From: a virus
DNA: 64,000 nucleotides
Direction: 5' to 3' (one strand)
IMG/VR virus record: IMGVR_UViG_3300042876_000313
Span: 1 to 64,000 of that record
The translations under genes were made by a program, and so were the position numbers. A model generated the notes under the pieces. It did not search any database. It was not told where the DNA came from and was given only the letters and a program-made list of their open reading frames with translations. Below, piece by piece: positions 1-8,391 of this stretch. Every line of letters begins with the position of its first letter. The stretch's first letter is position 1.

Positions 1-2175
1 AACGCCACGCAGATCAAAGCCCTTCGCAACCTGAATGAATGGGCTGCCGCCTCGCTCCTTGAGCAACGGCGCAAGTGGCAGACCTACCAGGATTTGGGGT
101 TGGATTCCAACATGATGTTGCGGGATCGGTTCTGGGCCTATATGAACCAGTTCGAGACTGGCGGCGAGTCGGTTGACAATCCCGTTACCCCGCCGTCCGG
201 TTCCCGTCTGATGGAGCGCCTGTCGTCCGGCAGCCGGCTATCGCGGATACTCCGCAACCCCGGCAACGCAGCCAAGGCGGCGGCCATCGCCATCTCCGAA
301 GTGTCAGCCCAAGGCGGTGTGGCCTGGGTGGACGCGGTTATCAACCGGGCCGTGGCCGGCAATCTGGCGACCGACTTCGAGCAACTGATGCAGGTTCTCG
401 CCCACCAAGTCATGCCCGCCAAGGCCGAGACTGCCGGGGTGAACTGGAAGGATGCCAATGACCCGGCCAATTTCTGGACGCCGCAGGAGATCGCCCATTC
501 CAATAAAGGTGTCGAGGCTGAGAAGATCGGTATCGCCCGGCGCAACCTCGTCCGCCTGACCGGCAACACTTGGGAGCAACTGATGACCGATTACTGGAAT
601 CGGTACACGCAATGGCTCGACGGCGGCAAGCAGGGCGAGCAACCGCGTTTTCTCAAGGATGACAAACAGCGCAACGCCTTGCTCCTGGCCGTGGCCACCC
701 GGACGAACTGGGCCGATTTCACCGTGCGCCCGCTCGCCACCCATGCCGGCGGTGCCCAGGAGGCGATGATGTACCTGTTCGGTTGGCCGATCTGGGGCGT
801 CCAAGAGATGCTGTCGGCCTTCGCCAAGCCGTCCAGTAAGACGGGTCGGCGCCTGCTCCCGGAGTCCGCCGACCTCGCCAACGTCTCGACGTTCATTGCC
901 TTGGCCATCCCATTAGCCATGCTCGCCTTGACCTTCCCAACGCTCCGCGATTACTGGGCTGAGAAGGCCAAGGGCTACCGCATCAAAGCTTTGACGCCCC
1001 GGTACTTCATCGAGAAGGGACTGGCCGGTGAGTCCGTTGACCCAATGGTGGCGACCAAGATCATGGCCAGCAGCATGGCCACGTTCATTCCGTTCTTCGG
1101 GTCGGTGATGAACAACTGGCTGGACAACGCTTCCCGCAACGGGTTCGACCTTCAACAGCAAATCCTCGCCTTGAACTTGGCCAATGACGCCTGGAACACG
1201 GTCAAGGAGGCCGGGGAAACCGGCGATCCGACGTTCTCCGCGCTCCGGTTCGCGTCCCGGTGGCTCCTGCCGGACGTGGCCCCCCGCCTGATTCCCAACA
1301 TCCTGCCCATCGAATCGGCCAAAACCCTGTCCGGCTCCCTCGAAAACCGTTCGGCCAATAACATCGCCGCCCAAGCTGCCGCCCTCGCCAACATCGAGAA
1401 CCGCCGATCCTCGACCGGCCAGGCCACCTTCCGCTACACCGAGGCCACGCCCCTCATCCGGGGTTGGATGGCCGCGATGGCGACCGGCGATGACCGCGCC
1501 CGCGCCGACTTCTTTGAACGCCTCGTCGCCCAGAAGCGCGAGGACATCATCGCCAAGACCCCGGAGATTGACCCCGGCCAAGCGGACACCGAGGCCCGCG
1601 CCGCCGCCCTATCCTCTCTCCGAACCCGCAACCCATTTGTCACCGCCTTGGGCCGGATGCCCACCGAGCAGGAATACGCTACGATGATGGGCAAGCTGAC
1701 CCCGGACGCCCGTGAGAAGTTGACGGCGTACATGGCCGGGTACGACCGGGCCATCCAGCAGGATTCCGGCGGGACGGCTACGATTCGCTCCTTTACCACT
1801 CCCGGCGGGGCTTCTGTCACCACGGCCCGCGCCTCCACGGCTGGCCCTGCAGGCTTCGGGGGCGGCGGTCGGCTCCCAAGTGTCGGCTCAGGCGGTCAAC
1901 GGCTGCCCAGTGCAGGCGTAGGCGCGGCGGCAGGCGGTTTAAGCGGTGGTCTGCCGTCCATTACCCGGATCGGCGGGACTTCCCCCCGGTTGACCCGGTT
2001 CAGTGTCGCCCGGCGCATTGCTGGCGTGGGCCGAGCTAAGCTTCCCCGACTCCGGTTGCCCGGCGCCAAGCTCCCGTCGCTGGCCGGTCGAGTCAAACGC
2101 CCGCGCCTGCCCCGGCGAGGTTTGAAAATGATTGCCGCGAAGAAACCACGGCTGCGGAGAACGACGCTCGCTTGA
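1..2175 (+). CDS. C-terminal part of a large internal virion / DNA-ejection protein (5' truncated by the window edge)
   Basis: Frame is open from base 1. Ala-rich helical protein ending in a Gly/Arg/Pro basic tail. The late operon at the other end of the window ends with ejection-type proteins, consistent with a circularly permuted genome. Function is inferred. Confidence 0.6.
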   Translation, partial: NATQIKALRNLNEWAAASLLEQRRKWQTYQDLGLDSNMMLRDRFWAYMNQFETGGESVDNPVTPPSGSRLMERLSSGSRLSRILRNPGNAAKAAAIAISEVSAQGGVAWVDAVINRAVAGNLATDFEQLMQVLAHQVMPAKAETAGVNWKDANDPANFWTPQEIAHSNKGVEAEKIGIARRNLVRLTGNTWEQLMTDYWNRYTQWLDGGKQGEQPRFLKDDKQRNALLLAVATRTNWADFTVRPLATHAGGAQEAMMYLFGWPIWGVQEMLSAFAKPSSKTGRRLLPESADLANVSTFIALAIPLAMLALTFPTLRDYWAEKAKGYRIKALTPRYFIEKGLAGESVDPMVATKIMASSMATFIPFFGSVMNNWLDNASRNGFDLQQQILALNLANDAWNTVKEAGETGDPTFSALRFASRWLLPDVAPRLIPNILPIESAKTLSGSLENRSANNIAAQAAALANIENRRSSTGQATFRYTEATPLIRGWMAAMATGDDRARADFFERLVAQKREDIIAKTPEIDPGQADTEARAAALSSLRTRNPFVTALGRMPTEQEYATMMGKLTPDAREKLTAYMAGYDRAIQQDSGGTATIRSFTTPGGASVTTARASTAGPAGFGGGGRLPSVGSGGQRLPSAGVGAAAGGLSGGLPSITRIGGTSPRLTRFSVARRIAGVGRAKLPRLRLPGAKLPSLAGRVKRPRLPRRGLKMIAAKKPRLRRTTLA

Positions 2176-2282
2176 CCGGCAAAATGTCCACCGTTTTGTC
2201 CGCCTGCCCAGCTTGATTACAAACCACTTGCGTTTATTCAGGCACGGTTCATTTCCAGTGATTTGTCCACCCGCCGCTCAGT

Positions 2283-2846
2283 TTATTTCTCAGCGGGGGT
2301 TGACATTGGAGCGGCGACCGCCTTCCTAAGCATCATAATTTTAGCGACACAAAACGCCGTGATATACAGCTTCATCCCCTCCGGGCGGTATTTAGACTTT
2401 CTTCGGCGAGCGGTGACGCTTCCAAAGCTCTTTATCAAAGTGTGCCGGTATTCGATGGCTTCTTTGTTCAGCCTTCGGAGTTCCCGCTTGTTCTTGGAGA
2501 CGTTATCTTTAAGCACTCTCCACCATTGGCGATGTGCCATGCTTTTGAATATGCGGGTAAGCCGTGTGTACTCAAGGTCAACCGCGTCTATTTTCTTGAG
2601 CTTGATCCCCATCCTTCTGCACAATTTTTCCTTTTCCATGTCTCGCTGCCTGACGGCTCTTAAATCGGGAGAATAATCGGTTGCTTGGTAATGGTGATCC
2701 CCTTGAAATTCCAACGCAAACCTGCGGCTTGGGAAAAAGAAATCAAGTTCAAGCCCTCGAAGCCACGGTGGACGGCAGTTCTTCTCGTATCGGAAATCCA
2801 CCATCAGGTTGATGTATCGCTCAAGAATTTGCTCGCCGTAACTCAT
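2283..2846 (-). CDS. PD-(D/E)xK restriction-endonuclease-fold protein (Vsr/DUF559-like)
   Basis: SYGEQIL...LELDFFFP..FALEFQGDHHY...RDMEKEKLC...GIKL motif series. ATG at 2846 (MSYGEQ) preferred. Confidence 0.75.
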   Translation of the reverse strand: MSYGEQILERYINLMVDFRYEKNCRPPWLRGLELDFFFPSRRFALEFQGDHHYQATDYSPDLRAVRQRDMEKEKLCRRMGIKLKKIDAVDLEYTRLTRIFKSMAHRQWWRVLKDNVSKNKRELRRLNKEAIEYRHTLIKSFGSVTARRRKSKYRPEGMKLYITAFCVAKIMMLRKAVAAPMSTPAEK

Positions 2847-2994
2847 GTTGCACCTTTGGGGAACCCCCGGCTTGGGGTGCAACACTCGCCCTTGTGGCGA
2901 TATGAAACCGTGAGGTTTTCCAAGCCGGGAGTAAATCTGACGTTATGTGTTGCACGGGATCAACGTCGCACTGGTTCTGCGATTCGTCAACCGG

Positions 2995-3081
2995 AAAATT
3001 AAAAGGGCGGCTGGTGTGCTTTCAGAGGTGTGAACAGTGACCGCACGAACCAACCGCCCCGCCAGCTTTCGCCGGCTAACT
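2995..3081 (-). ncRNA. Structured leader / small RNA: GCCGGC-GAAA-GCTGGC hairpin, then a long GGGCGGTTGGT...ACCAGCCGCCC stem ending in TTTT (terminator-like)
   Basis: Inverted repeats read directly from the sequence. Lies just downstream of the promoter at 3088-3116. Confidence 0.5.
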
Positions 3082-3087
3082 CGCAAG

Positions 3088-3116
3088 ACCATACCCCCCT
3101 TAAATCGGACTGTCAA
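3088..3116 (-). promoter_or_regulatory. Sigma70-type promoter TTGACA-N17-TATGGT
   Basis: -35 at 3116-3111, 17-nt spacer, -10 at 3093-3088. Overlaps the last pentamer of the array. Confidence 0.7.
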
Positions 3117-4071
3117 CTGCGCGTCACATTGCCGTTCCATGCCATTACCCGACGGGGCAATACATTACGGCACCCCGCCATTACCGCACGGGACCCTACC
3201 ACGCCCACACATTGCTTGACTTCACAGTGCTTTACTTCGCCGTTTCCGCGCCACTCCCGACCCCGCCTTGCCCTAACGGCGCTTGACCCGACGGCTCGCG
3301 GCGTCACCGACACCGTGCGCGACCACGCGCAACAATGCCTTGCCTTTGCTGTGCTTCACTCTGCTTTACCCAGACCCGACTTTACCACGCATCACCGGGC
3401 GTAACATAACCCCCGCGTCACTAGACCGCGCTTTGCCGATACCGCACGTCTCCCTACCCTACCCTACCTTACCCCGGCGCCACACTGCATAGCCACTGCC
3501 GCACTCTGCATTGCCTAACCGTTGCTCAACTACACCCTGCGACACCTCACCCAACCAGGACAGCACTCGACCATTCCACCGCTAGACGTGACGTTACATG
3601 TCGGTGCCAAAACCAAACAAGACCGAGCCAGTCGCAACCGCGCCATCGCAAGACCTCACCTTACCAACGCTCTGCTTGACCTTACTACCGCCCAACCAAT
3701 CTATGCCCCTCCGAAACCACGTTTTACCATTGTGCGCTACACCACTGCGTTACTTTGCTATACTATACTCCACCGACTCAGAACCACGCACAGCCTACGC
3801 TTGACGAGACGACACCATTCGCTGCCATGCCACTGCGCTGCCCCACCTGACGCCGCCACGCACAACCACAGCGACTCGCTACCGTACCGTTACTGCACAT
3901 AACTAGACTCTACCGATACCATACGAGGCGTCACCGTACCGCCGCAGTTCTGTTCATTGCCGTCGCATGACGACACCTCGCCTCACAACGCCATTACCCG
4001 ACCGCATAACGCCATACCAGCACTATACTTCACAAGTCCTTGCCCAAACATTGCCTTGCCCGTCCACGCCT
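3114..4071 (-). ncRNA. Pentamer-periodic non-coding array (NGY-NN units, GGY most common); candidate guide-RNA array of the adjacent Cas7-like protein (VIPR-like)
   Basis: Hand parse covers all 958 nt as 185 pentamers plus 33 single-base insertions. Position 2 is G in 182/185. Position 3 is C/T in 167/185 and never G. Positions 4-5 vary freely. Example (- strand 3242-3181): c GGCga AGTaa AGCac TGTga AGTca AGCaa TGTgt g GGCgt GGTag GGTcc CGTgc GGTaa. No long ORF on the sense strand. Confidence 0.85.
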
Positions 4072-4791
4072 TCACTCGTCCATGCGCTCGTAGGTGAAGC
4101 GCCCGTAAGATGCGTTGCGCCACTGGCCGAATCCCGACATCTGACCATATCCAAGCCATTCCTCGATCAACGCCTCGGCGTCCACCGCATCATCGCCCTT
4201 GCCAATCTTCTTGGACAGGCAGGTGATCGTGAACTCAAACGTCGCGCCGGCCAGCACCACTTCCGAACGCACCACCGTAACCCGTGGCCCCATCGCCGTC
4301 TCGGCCCGCAGCGAACGCTCACACAGCAGGACGCCGCTTTCCGAGCGGATGATCTTAGGCGGCAATTCCATGTCCGCCGCAATCGGCAACTGGATGACCG
4401 GAATGAAGCGCGGAAACACGAAGATGATCTGGTCAATCTTCGATTTGTACGCCGTGATGGACTTGCTCAGGGTGTCATCCGAAATCCGCAGCGCACCGCA
4501 GGCCGACTTGAAGAATCCCCGGATCATGTAATCTTCCAGGCAGACGAATTTCTCGTTGGGATCGCCGTCTTTCGGAATACTGGTGACGCCCCGCGCCAGC
4601 AGGTCGCTGCGCTTGAGCCGGGTAAAGCCGGTCGTGCCCGCTTCCTCCTTGTGTTCGGCGGTTTCCAATTCCTCCTTGCGCTTGTCGTCATCGGGGGCTT
4701 TGGACGCCACGAAGGACGCAAAGACTTCTTTGTTTTGGGGTTTCGTGCCGAGCATTGCTTCGGTCAACGTGAGTTTATACTTTAGCTTCAT
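4072..4791 (-). CDS. Stand-alone RAMP-fold, Cas7/Csm3/Csf2-like RNA-binding protein (239 aa; Vipr-like)
   Basis: N-terminal strand KYKLTLTEAMLG, helix DYMIRGFFKSAC, thumb hairpin ERSLRAETAMGPRVTVVRSE..G.TFEFTI and C-terminal Gly-rich loop GQMSGFGQWRNASYGRF are RAMP hallmarks. ATG at 4791 follows an A-rich leader and a CCCGCC/GGCGGG hairpin (4816-4832). Confidence 0.85.
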   Translation of the reverse strand: MKLKYKLTLTEAMLGTKPQNKEVFASFVASKAPDDDKRKEELETAEHKEEAGTTGFTRLKRSDLLARGVTSIPKDGDPNEKFVCLEDYMIRGFFKSACGALRISDDTLSKSITAYKSKIDQIIFVFPRFIPVIQLPIAADMELPPKIIRSESGVLLCERSLRAETAMGPRVTVVRSEVVLAGATFEFTITCLSKKIGKGDDAVDAEALIEEWLGYGQMSGFGQWRNASYGRFTYERMDE

Positions 4792-4975
4792 TTGTTTTGT
4801 GTGTTTTTGTTTATCCCCGCCGTCGTGGCGGGAAATCAGAAAAGAAAAATGATCGTCCAGTAATTCATACCTCGCCATCGGTAATGGAGTTGCAGGCTGC
4901 GTTTCCAATTCGCATCACCCGGCCAGTATTCAATCTTGAATCGCGGTCCTTCGATCATTTTGTGGGTTATAATGT

Positions 4976-5149
4976 TCACGGTCTGTAAACCCCGTCGCCC
5001 TCGTTAAATGCCTGCGACAGAAATTCCGGTTGCCCGTTCTGGCTTTTGATTGCGTCCTCTTGGATTTGTTTTATTATGACCAGAAGATCGTTTCGAGTGA
5101 CGCAAGGCCTTGCCTCCATATCTTCAAGCCATTGTTTTGGTGTTTTCAT
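4976..5149 (-). CDS. Small phage protein, 57 aa (not in ORF track)
   Basis: Hand translation MKTPKQWLED...LSQAFNEGDGVYRP*. The C-terminal motif recurs in small phage proteins. Starts right after the stop of 5152-5493. Confidence 0.65.
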   Translation of the reverse strand: MKTPKQWLEDMEARPCVTRNDLLVIIKQIQEDAIKSQNGQPEFLSQAFNEGDGVYRP

Positions 5150-5151
5150 AA

Positions 5152-5493
5152 TTACTCAATCCCTTTCGCTCTCCGCTGGTCACGCGCACGGATAATCAAA
5201 ACCTGCGCCTGCGACACCAGGTTCGCGGACGAATGTTCGACTTCCTCAATGCTCGCTCGCTGGACGTAGCAGTAGCCGCGCTGTCCAGAGATTATCCGGC
5301 CACCCGATTGGCTGGCCAATTCGCGGACGATTCGTTTTCCGGCCTCGCCGGTTCCGAGTTGGAGCTTTGAGCTAATCGTGCTGGCGAACACCCAAGGTTC
5401 AGGCGAGTCAATCAATAGCTGCTCCATCTGTTCGACCATTGACGCCGTCACTTTCGGGCGCGAAAACTGCAATTCAGGTTGGCACATAATCAT
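5152..5493 (-). CDS. Hypothetical winged-helix-like protein
   Basis: STISSKLQL...KRIVRELASQSGGRIISGQRGY resembles a wHTH with wing. Confidence 0.55.
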   Translation of the reverse strand: MIMCQPELQFSRPKVTASMVEQMEQLLIDSPEPWVFASTISSKLQLGTGEAGKRIVRELASQSGGRIISGQRGYCYVQRASIEEVEHSSANLVSQAQVLIIRARDQRRAKGIE

Positions 5494-5541
5494 GTCATTT
5501 TCCAGTTGTCAATCAACCGTTTGTGGTGGTAGGTTCCAGTT

Positions 5542-5892
5542 ATGAGAACCAAAACTGCGGTCGTCCGTCGTACCGAGCTTGAGAAAGCGTTTGCCCGTGA
5601 AGCTGGTATATCCGCCGAGAACGGCAAGCGTTTGCTCGCCACATTTTTCCGGCTCTTGTCCGGTTGCCTGCTCGACCGGAAAACCGTTTGCATGGGGCGC
5701 GTTGGCCGGCTGAATGTTTATCAGAAAGCCGCCCGCATCGGGCGCAATCCACGCCACCCGGATGATGAAGTGATTATTCCTGCTCATTGGGAGGTTCGCT
5801 TTGTTCTGCGCGGCCCGCTACGGGCGGAACTGCGGCGTATTCCGGTTGATGTGGATAGACCTTCCCCGGCCCGCCCAGATACAGAGCCGTAG
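5542..5892 (+). CDS. HU/IHF-family DNA-bending protein
   Basis: VGRLNVYQKAARIGRNPRHP..EVIIPAH.EVRF matches the HU beta-arm signature. Confidence 0.8.
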   Translation: MRTKTAVVRRTELEKAFAREAGISAENGKRLLATFFRLLSGCLLDRKTVCMGRVGRLNVYQKAARIGRNPRHPDDEVIIPAHWEVRFVLRGPLRAELRRIPVDVDRPSPARPDTEP

Positions 5893-7111
5893 TCTCTGCG
5901 TCCAAGTGGGTCAACAACTGCCTGATGTGATCCGTAGAAAGCCCGGCGGCCCGGCACTCAAATGCGTAGGTCACGCGCAGGCCGTGAAAGCAGCACTTGC
6001 GACTGTCCAACCCCGACCGCTTCACATAATCCCGAAACCGCGCCGAGCATAGCGTTCGGCTCTCGGTGTATCGCCGTTGTAATTCGCGCCAGACCCAACG
6101 CTCATGGTTGCGCTGGCCAATGATCTGCGGCATCAGTTCCTTGATCTGCGGCGGCATCGGGACGCATAGGCGCCGATCTTTTTTGTGGGTATAGACCAGC
6201 AAGTTCTTCCCGCCATCGTTAAACTCATTCGGAAGGATGGAATCCCATTCCAAGTTGATGCAGTCGTACATCCGCAGGCCGGCGTATCGAGCCAGGTACA
6301 TAGAACACTTGAACGCGAAATCAATCCGCCACAGGTCACGGTGCCGGTCCAATTCACTGACGGCCACCAGCCCAGCCTTGTCCCCGGTAACTTGAATCAT
6401 CGCCATTTTCTTTTCTTTCCGCGCCATGATCCGCTCAATGTAGCCCATGCACCGCTTAAATTCATCATCCGTCCACGGCTGCCTGTACCTCGGCTCCTTG
6501 GCTGAGATGGGCAGGGCGCGGGAATTGACCCGGCGCAAAATGCGGGCGATGTTGCCCATGACGTAGCCCTTGACGGCGCACCAGTCCAAGAACCGCCGAA
6601 TGACAACGTGATTCTGTTTCCGGTAGCTCATCCGGTGATCCTTATCCATGCCGTTGATCGCCTCGATTATGTGCTTTTCCTCGATGGAGCTTACCGGCAA
6701 CGTCAACAGATTGAATCGCCGGGCGAACAGTGAAACCTTGTAGATGTACGGCTCAATCGTGGTAGGTTGAAGTCCCTCGTTGCGGTCGAGGTGATCCCGC
6801 CAGGCTGCGATGCAGTCTGCGAAAGTCGGCTGGCGATCCATTATTTCTTGCAATCCCGTCTTGGTGATGGAGTCCGTGATTAAATCCGTGATGCGCCGTT
6901 TGATGTCCGCCGATTGCATAACCAACTCGATGTCGGCCTTGGCGTGCGTGTTCATCATTATCCATTGCACCCCCCGGCTGGTCAGCATCCGCAGTCGCCA
7001 ACCAGTTGCCTTGAAATAGACGAACGTGCGCCCGTCCAGTTCAAACGTCGGTCGCTCGAAAGATTTAGCTTCCGGCGCGTCAACTGGCTCAATGGTGGTT
7101 TCCTCGCTCAT
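5774..7111 (-). CDS. int: Tyrosine recombinase / phage integrase
   Basis: YAGLR (Arg), HKK (Lys), FHGLR (HxxR), LLTH and TTALY (catalytic Tyr), preceded by a SAM-like core-binding domain. Confidence 0.9.
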   Translation of the reverse strand: MSEETTIEPVDAPEAKSFERPTFELDGRTFVYFKATGWRLRMLTSRGVQWIMMNTHAKADIELVMQSADIKRRITDLITDSITKTGLQEIMDRQPTFADCIAAWRDHLDRNEGLQPTTIEPYIYKVSLFARRFNLLTLPVSSIEEKHIIEAINGMDKDHRMSYRKQNHVVIRRFLDWCAVKGYVMGNIARILRRVNSRALPISAKEPRYRQPWTDDEFKRCMGYIERIMARKEKKMAMIQVTGDKAGLVAVSELDRHRDLWRIDFAFKCSMYLARYAGLRMYDCINLEWDSILPNEFNDGGKNLLVYTHKKDRRLCVPMPPQIKELMPQIIGQRNHERWVWRELQRRYTESRTLCSARFRDYVKRSGLDSRKCCFHGLRVTYAFECRAAGLSTDHIRQLLTHLDAETTALYLGGPGKVYPHQPEYAAVPPVAGRAEQSEPPNEQE

Positions 7112-7335
7112 ACGGTCACGTTAAAAGCTTTCGCGTCGTGCAACTGTTTAGCCGCGCACTCCCGGCACATCCCATGCGAAGTGACCAGCGGCTTGATCCA
7201 CGCCCGGCGCATCGGTTTCGCGCCCGGCCCGCACCACGCGCAGACCTCCTGGAAGAACAGCCGGCCCATCAGCCAGCGCATGAATCGGGAGCGCGGTTTC
7301 CCGCTCGGTTGAATCCAGTTTGCAGTCGTTTTCAT
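7108..7335 (-). CDS. Small Zn-finger-like phage protein
   Basis: CAWC...SHGMCREC motif. ATG at 7335, downstream of the promoter at 7349-7376. Confidence 0.6.
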   Translation of the reverse strand: MKTTANWIQPSGKPRSRFMRWLMGRLFFQEVCAWCGPGAKPMRRAWIKPLVTSHGMCRECAAKQLHDAKAFNVTV

Positions 7336-7348
7336 ATCTTGCTGGTTC

Positions 7349-7376
7349 ACTGTATTACAAAAATTACAACTGTCAA
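7349..7376 (-). promoter_or_regulatory. Promoter TTGACA-N16-TACAGT overlapped by TGTATTACA operator-like palindrome (7351-7359)
   Basis: Motifs read directly from the sequence. The same palindrome occurs at other promoters. Confidence 0.55.
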
Positions 7377-7567
7377 GCGGTTTGTTTGGCGATTTCTTCG
7401 GCGGAAAGTTCACGCGCCGACATGAACCACCACCCGCGCTCCAAGGCGATGGCCTTGCCCCATGCCACGGCTTTGGCTTTTGACGTTGCCTCGCCACGCT
7501 CAAACACGTCGTCAAGCTGGCCGTTCTGGCGGTGGCGGAAATGAATTTCAAATGTCTTAGTTTTCAT
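7373..7567 (-). CDS. Hypothetical protein
   Basis: Tightly packed early-gene ORF with 4-nt overlap. Confidence 0.5.
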   Translation of the reverse strand: MKTKTFEIHFRHRQNGQLDDVFERGEATSKAKAVAWGKAIALERGWWFMSARELSAEEIAKQTA

Positions 7568-7803
7568 TGGGTTTGTTTGGCTGATTTTTGGATGCGCCGA
7601 TTACAGGCAGCCGTGTTTCGGCAACGTCCAAGGTTTTCAAAGATGGAGATTTCAACTCCGCACCTTGGGCACAGAAAAGTTTCGTGTCGCGCAACCGTGC
7701 GAATGACGACCGCCCCGCCGTGCAACTCGACGGTTTCACGGATGGGCGATTGGCCGGCCAGCACCAGGGCCGCGATCTGGAATGGTTCAATTTCGGTTTT
7801 CAT
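7564..7803 (-). CDS. Hypothetical Zn-ribbon protein
   Basis: CPRC...CRNTAAC motif; early-gene packing. Confidence 0.5.
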   Translation of the reverse strand: MKTEIEPFQIAALVLAGQSPIRETVELHGGAVVIRTVARHETFLCPRCGVEISIFENLGRCRNTAACNRRIQKSAKQTQ

Positions 7804-7957
7804 GGTTTAGCCTTTCATCAAGCAGACAATTAGACCGACAACCAGCAGGCCGATGGACAGCACAATCAGTCGCTCAATTTGACGACTGGCCCAGGCGTGC
7901 TTTCGCTCGATCTCCATTTCGGCTTGCTCCCGTTCGATTTCGCGTTGCGTCATCATG

Positions 7958-8356
7958 CTAGCTGCCCTCCTTCTCGCACAGGGCGATGGCCGCCTCGACT
8001 TCATCATGTGCCAGACGGTCGCCCGGCCCTTGGTCGGGAGTCATGGCCACATGGTCGGCCAAGTAGGGCAGCGCACGCTTGCAGGCGGCCAGCAGCAAAG
8101 GCGCGGCAGCGATAAGTCGGGCGTTAAACTTGTTTTCTTCCGGCGTGTTCGATGGACTGCGGCAGTCCGCGATCTGGTTTCCGTTCTGGTCATAGACAAT
8201 CGGGCCGGGTTTAAGGCCGACGTGCCAAGCCTTAATCGTTTTCAGCTTATCGAACCTCTCCCGCGATTCAATTAGCAGTATCTCCCGGCATTGCCGGAAG
8301 TTAATGCCGTGCGCCTTTTGCGCGGCCCTTGCCTGCTTGTTCAGGTGATTACTCAT
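7958..8356 (-). CDS. Conserved phage early protein (NARLIAAAP family)
   Basis: NARLIAAAPLLLAAC motif. Confidence 0.65.
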   Translation of the reverse strand: MSNHLNKQARAAQKAHGINFRQCREILLIESRERFDKLKTIKAWHVGLKPGPIVYDQNGNQIADCRSPSNTPEENKFNARLIAAAPLLLAACKRALPYLADHVAMTPDQGPGDRLAHDEVEAAIALCEKEGS

Positions 8357-8391
8357 ATTCTTAGTCGTTTGGTTTTGCGGTTGGTGGTTTA

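Noticed and set aside
3114-3520. Reading the three bases between GY dinucleotides as codons gives a protein-looking string (..DAIKALDGYYPDVKRLK..)
   Set aside because: It has two stops in about 80 triplets, which is compatible with chance. No match was spotted by eye in the window, and this needs a real search.
3030-4071. Short ORFs across the array (3030-3404, 3283-3492, 3522-3902, 3598-3804, 3113-3313, start of 3967-4785)
   Set aside because: Their low-complexity T/P/R/H/L translations are a by-product of 5-nt periodicity, which is incompatible with codon structure, and most are antisense to the operon.
3114-4071. Canonical CRISPR array or simple microsatellite
   Set aside because: There are no conserved 23-47-nt repeats with spacers, and the units are not copies of each other apart from a short GGTAG x3 run.
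4792-4908. 39-aa N-terminal extension of the RAMP ORF in the track
   Set aside because: It covers an A-rich leader and hairpin. The RAMP first strand starts at the ATG at 4791.
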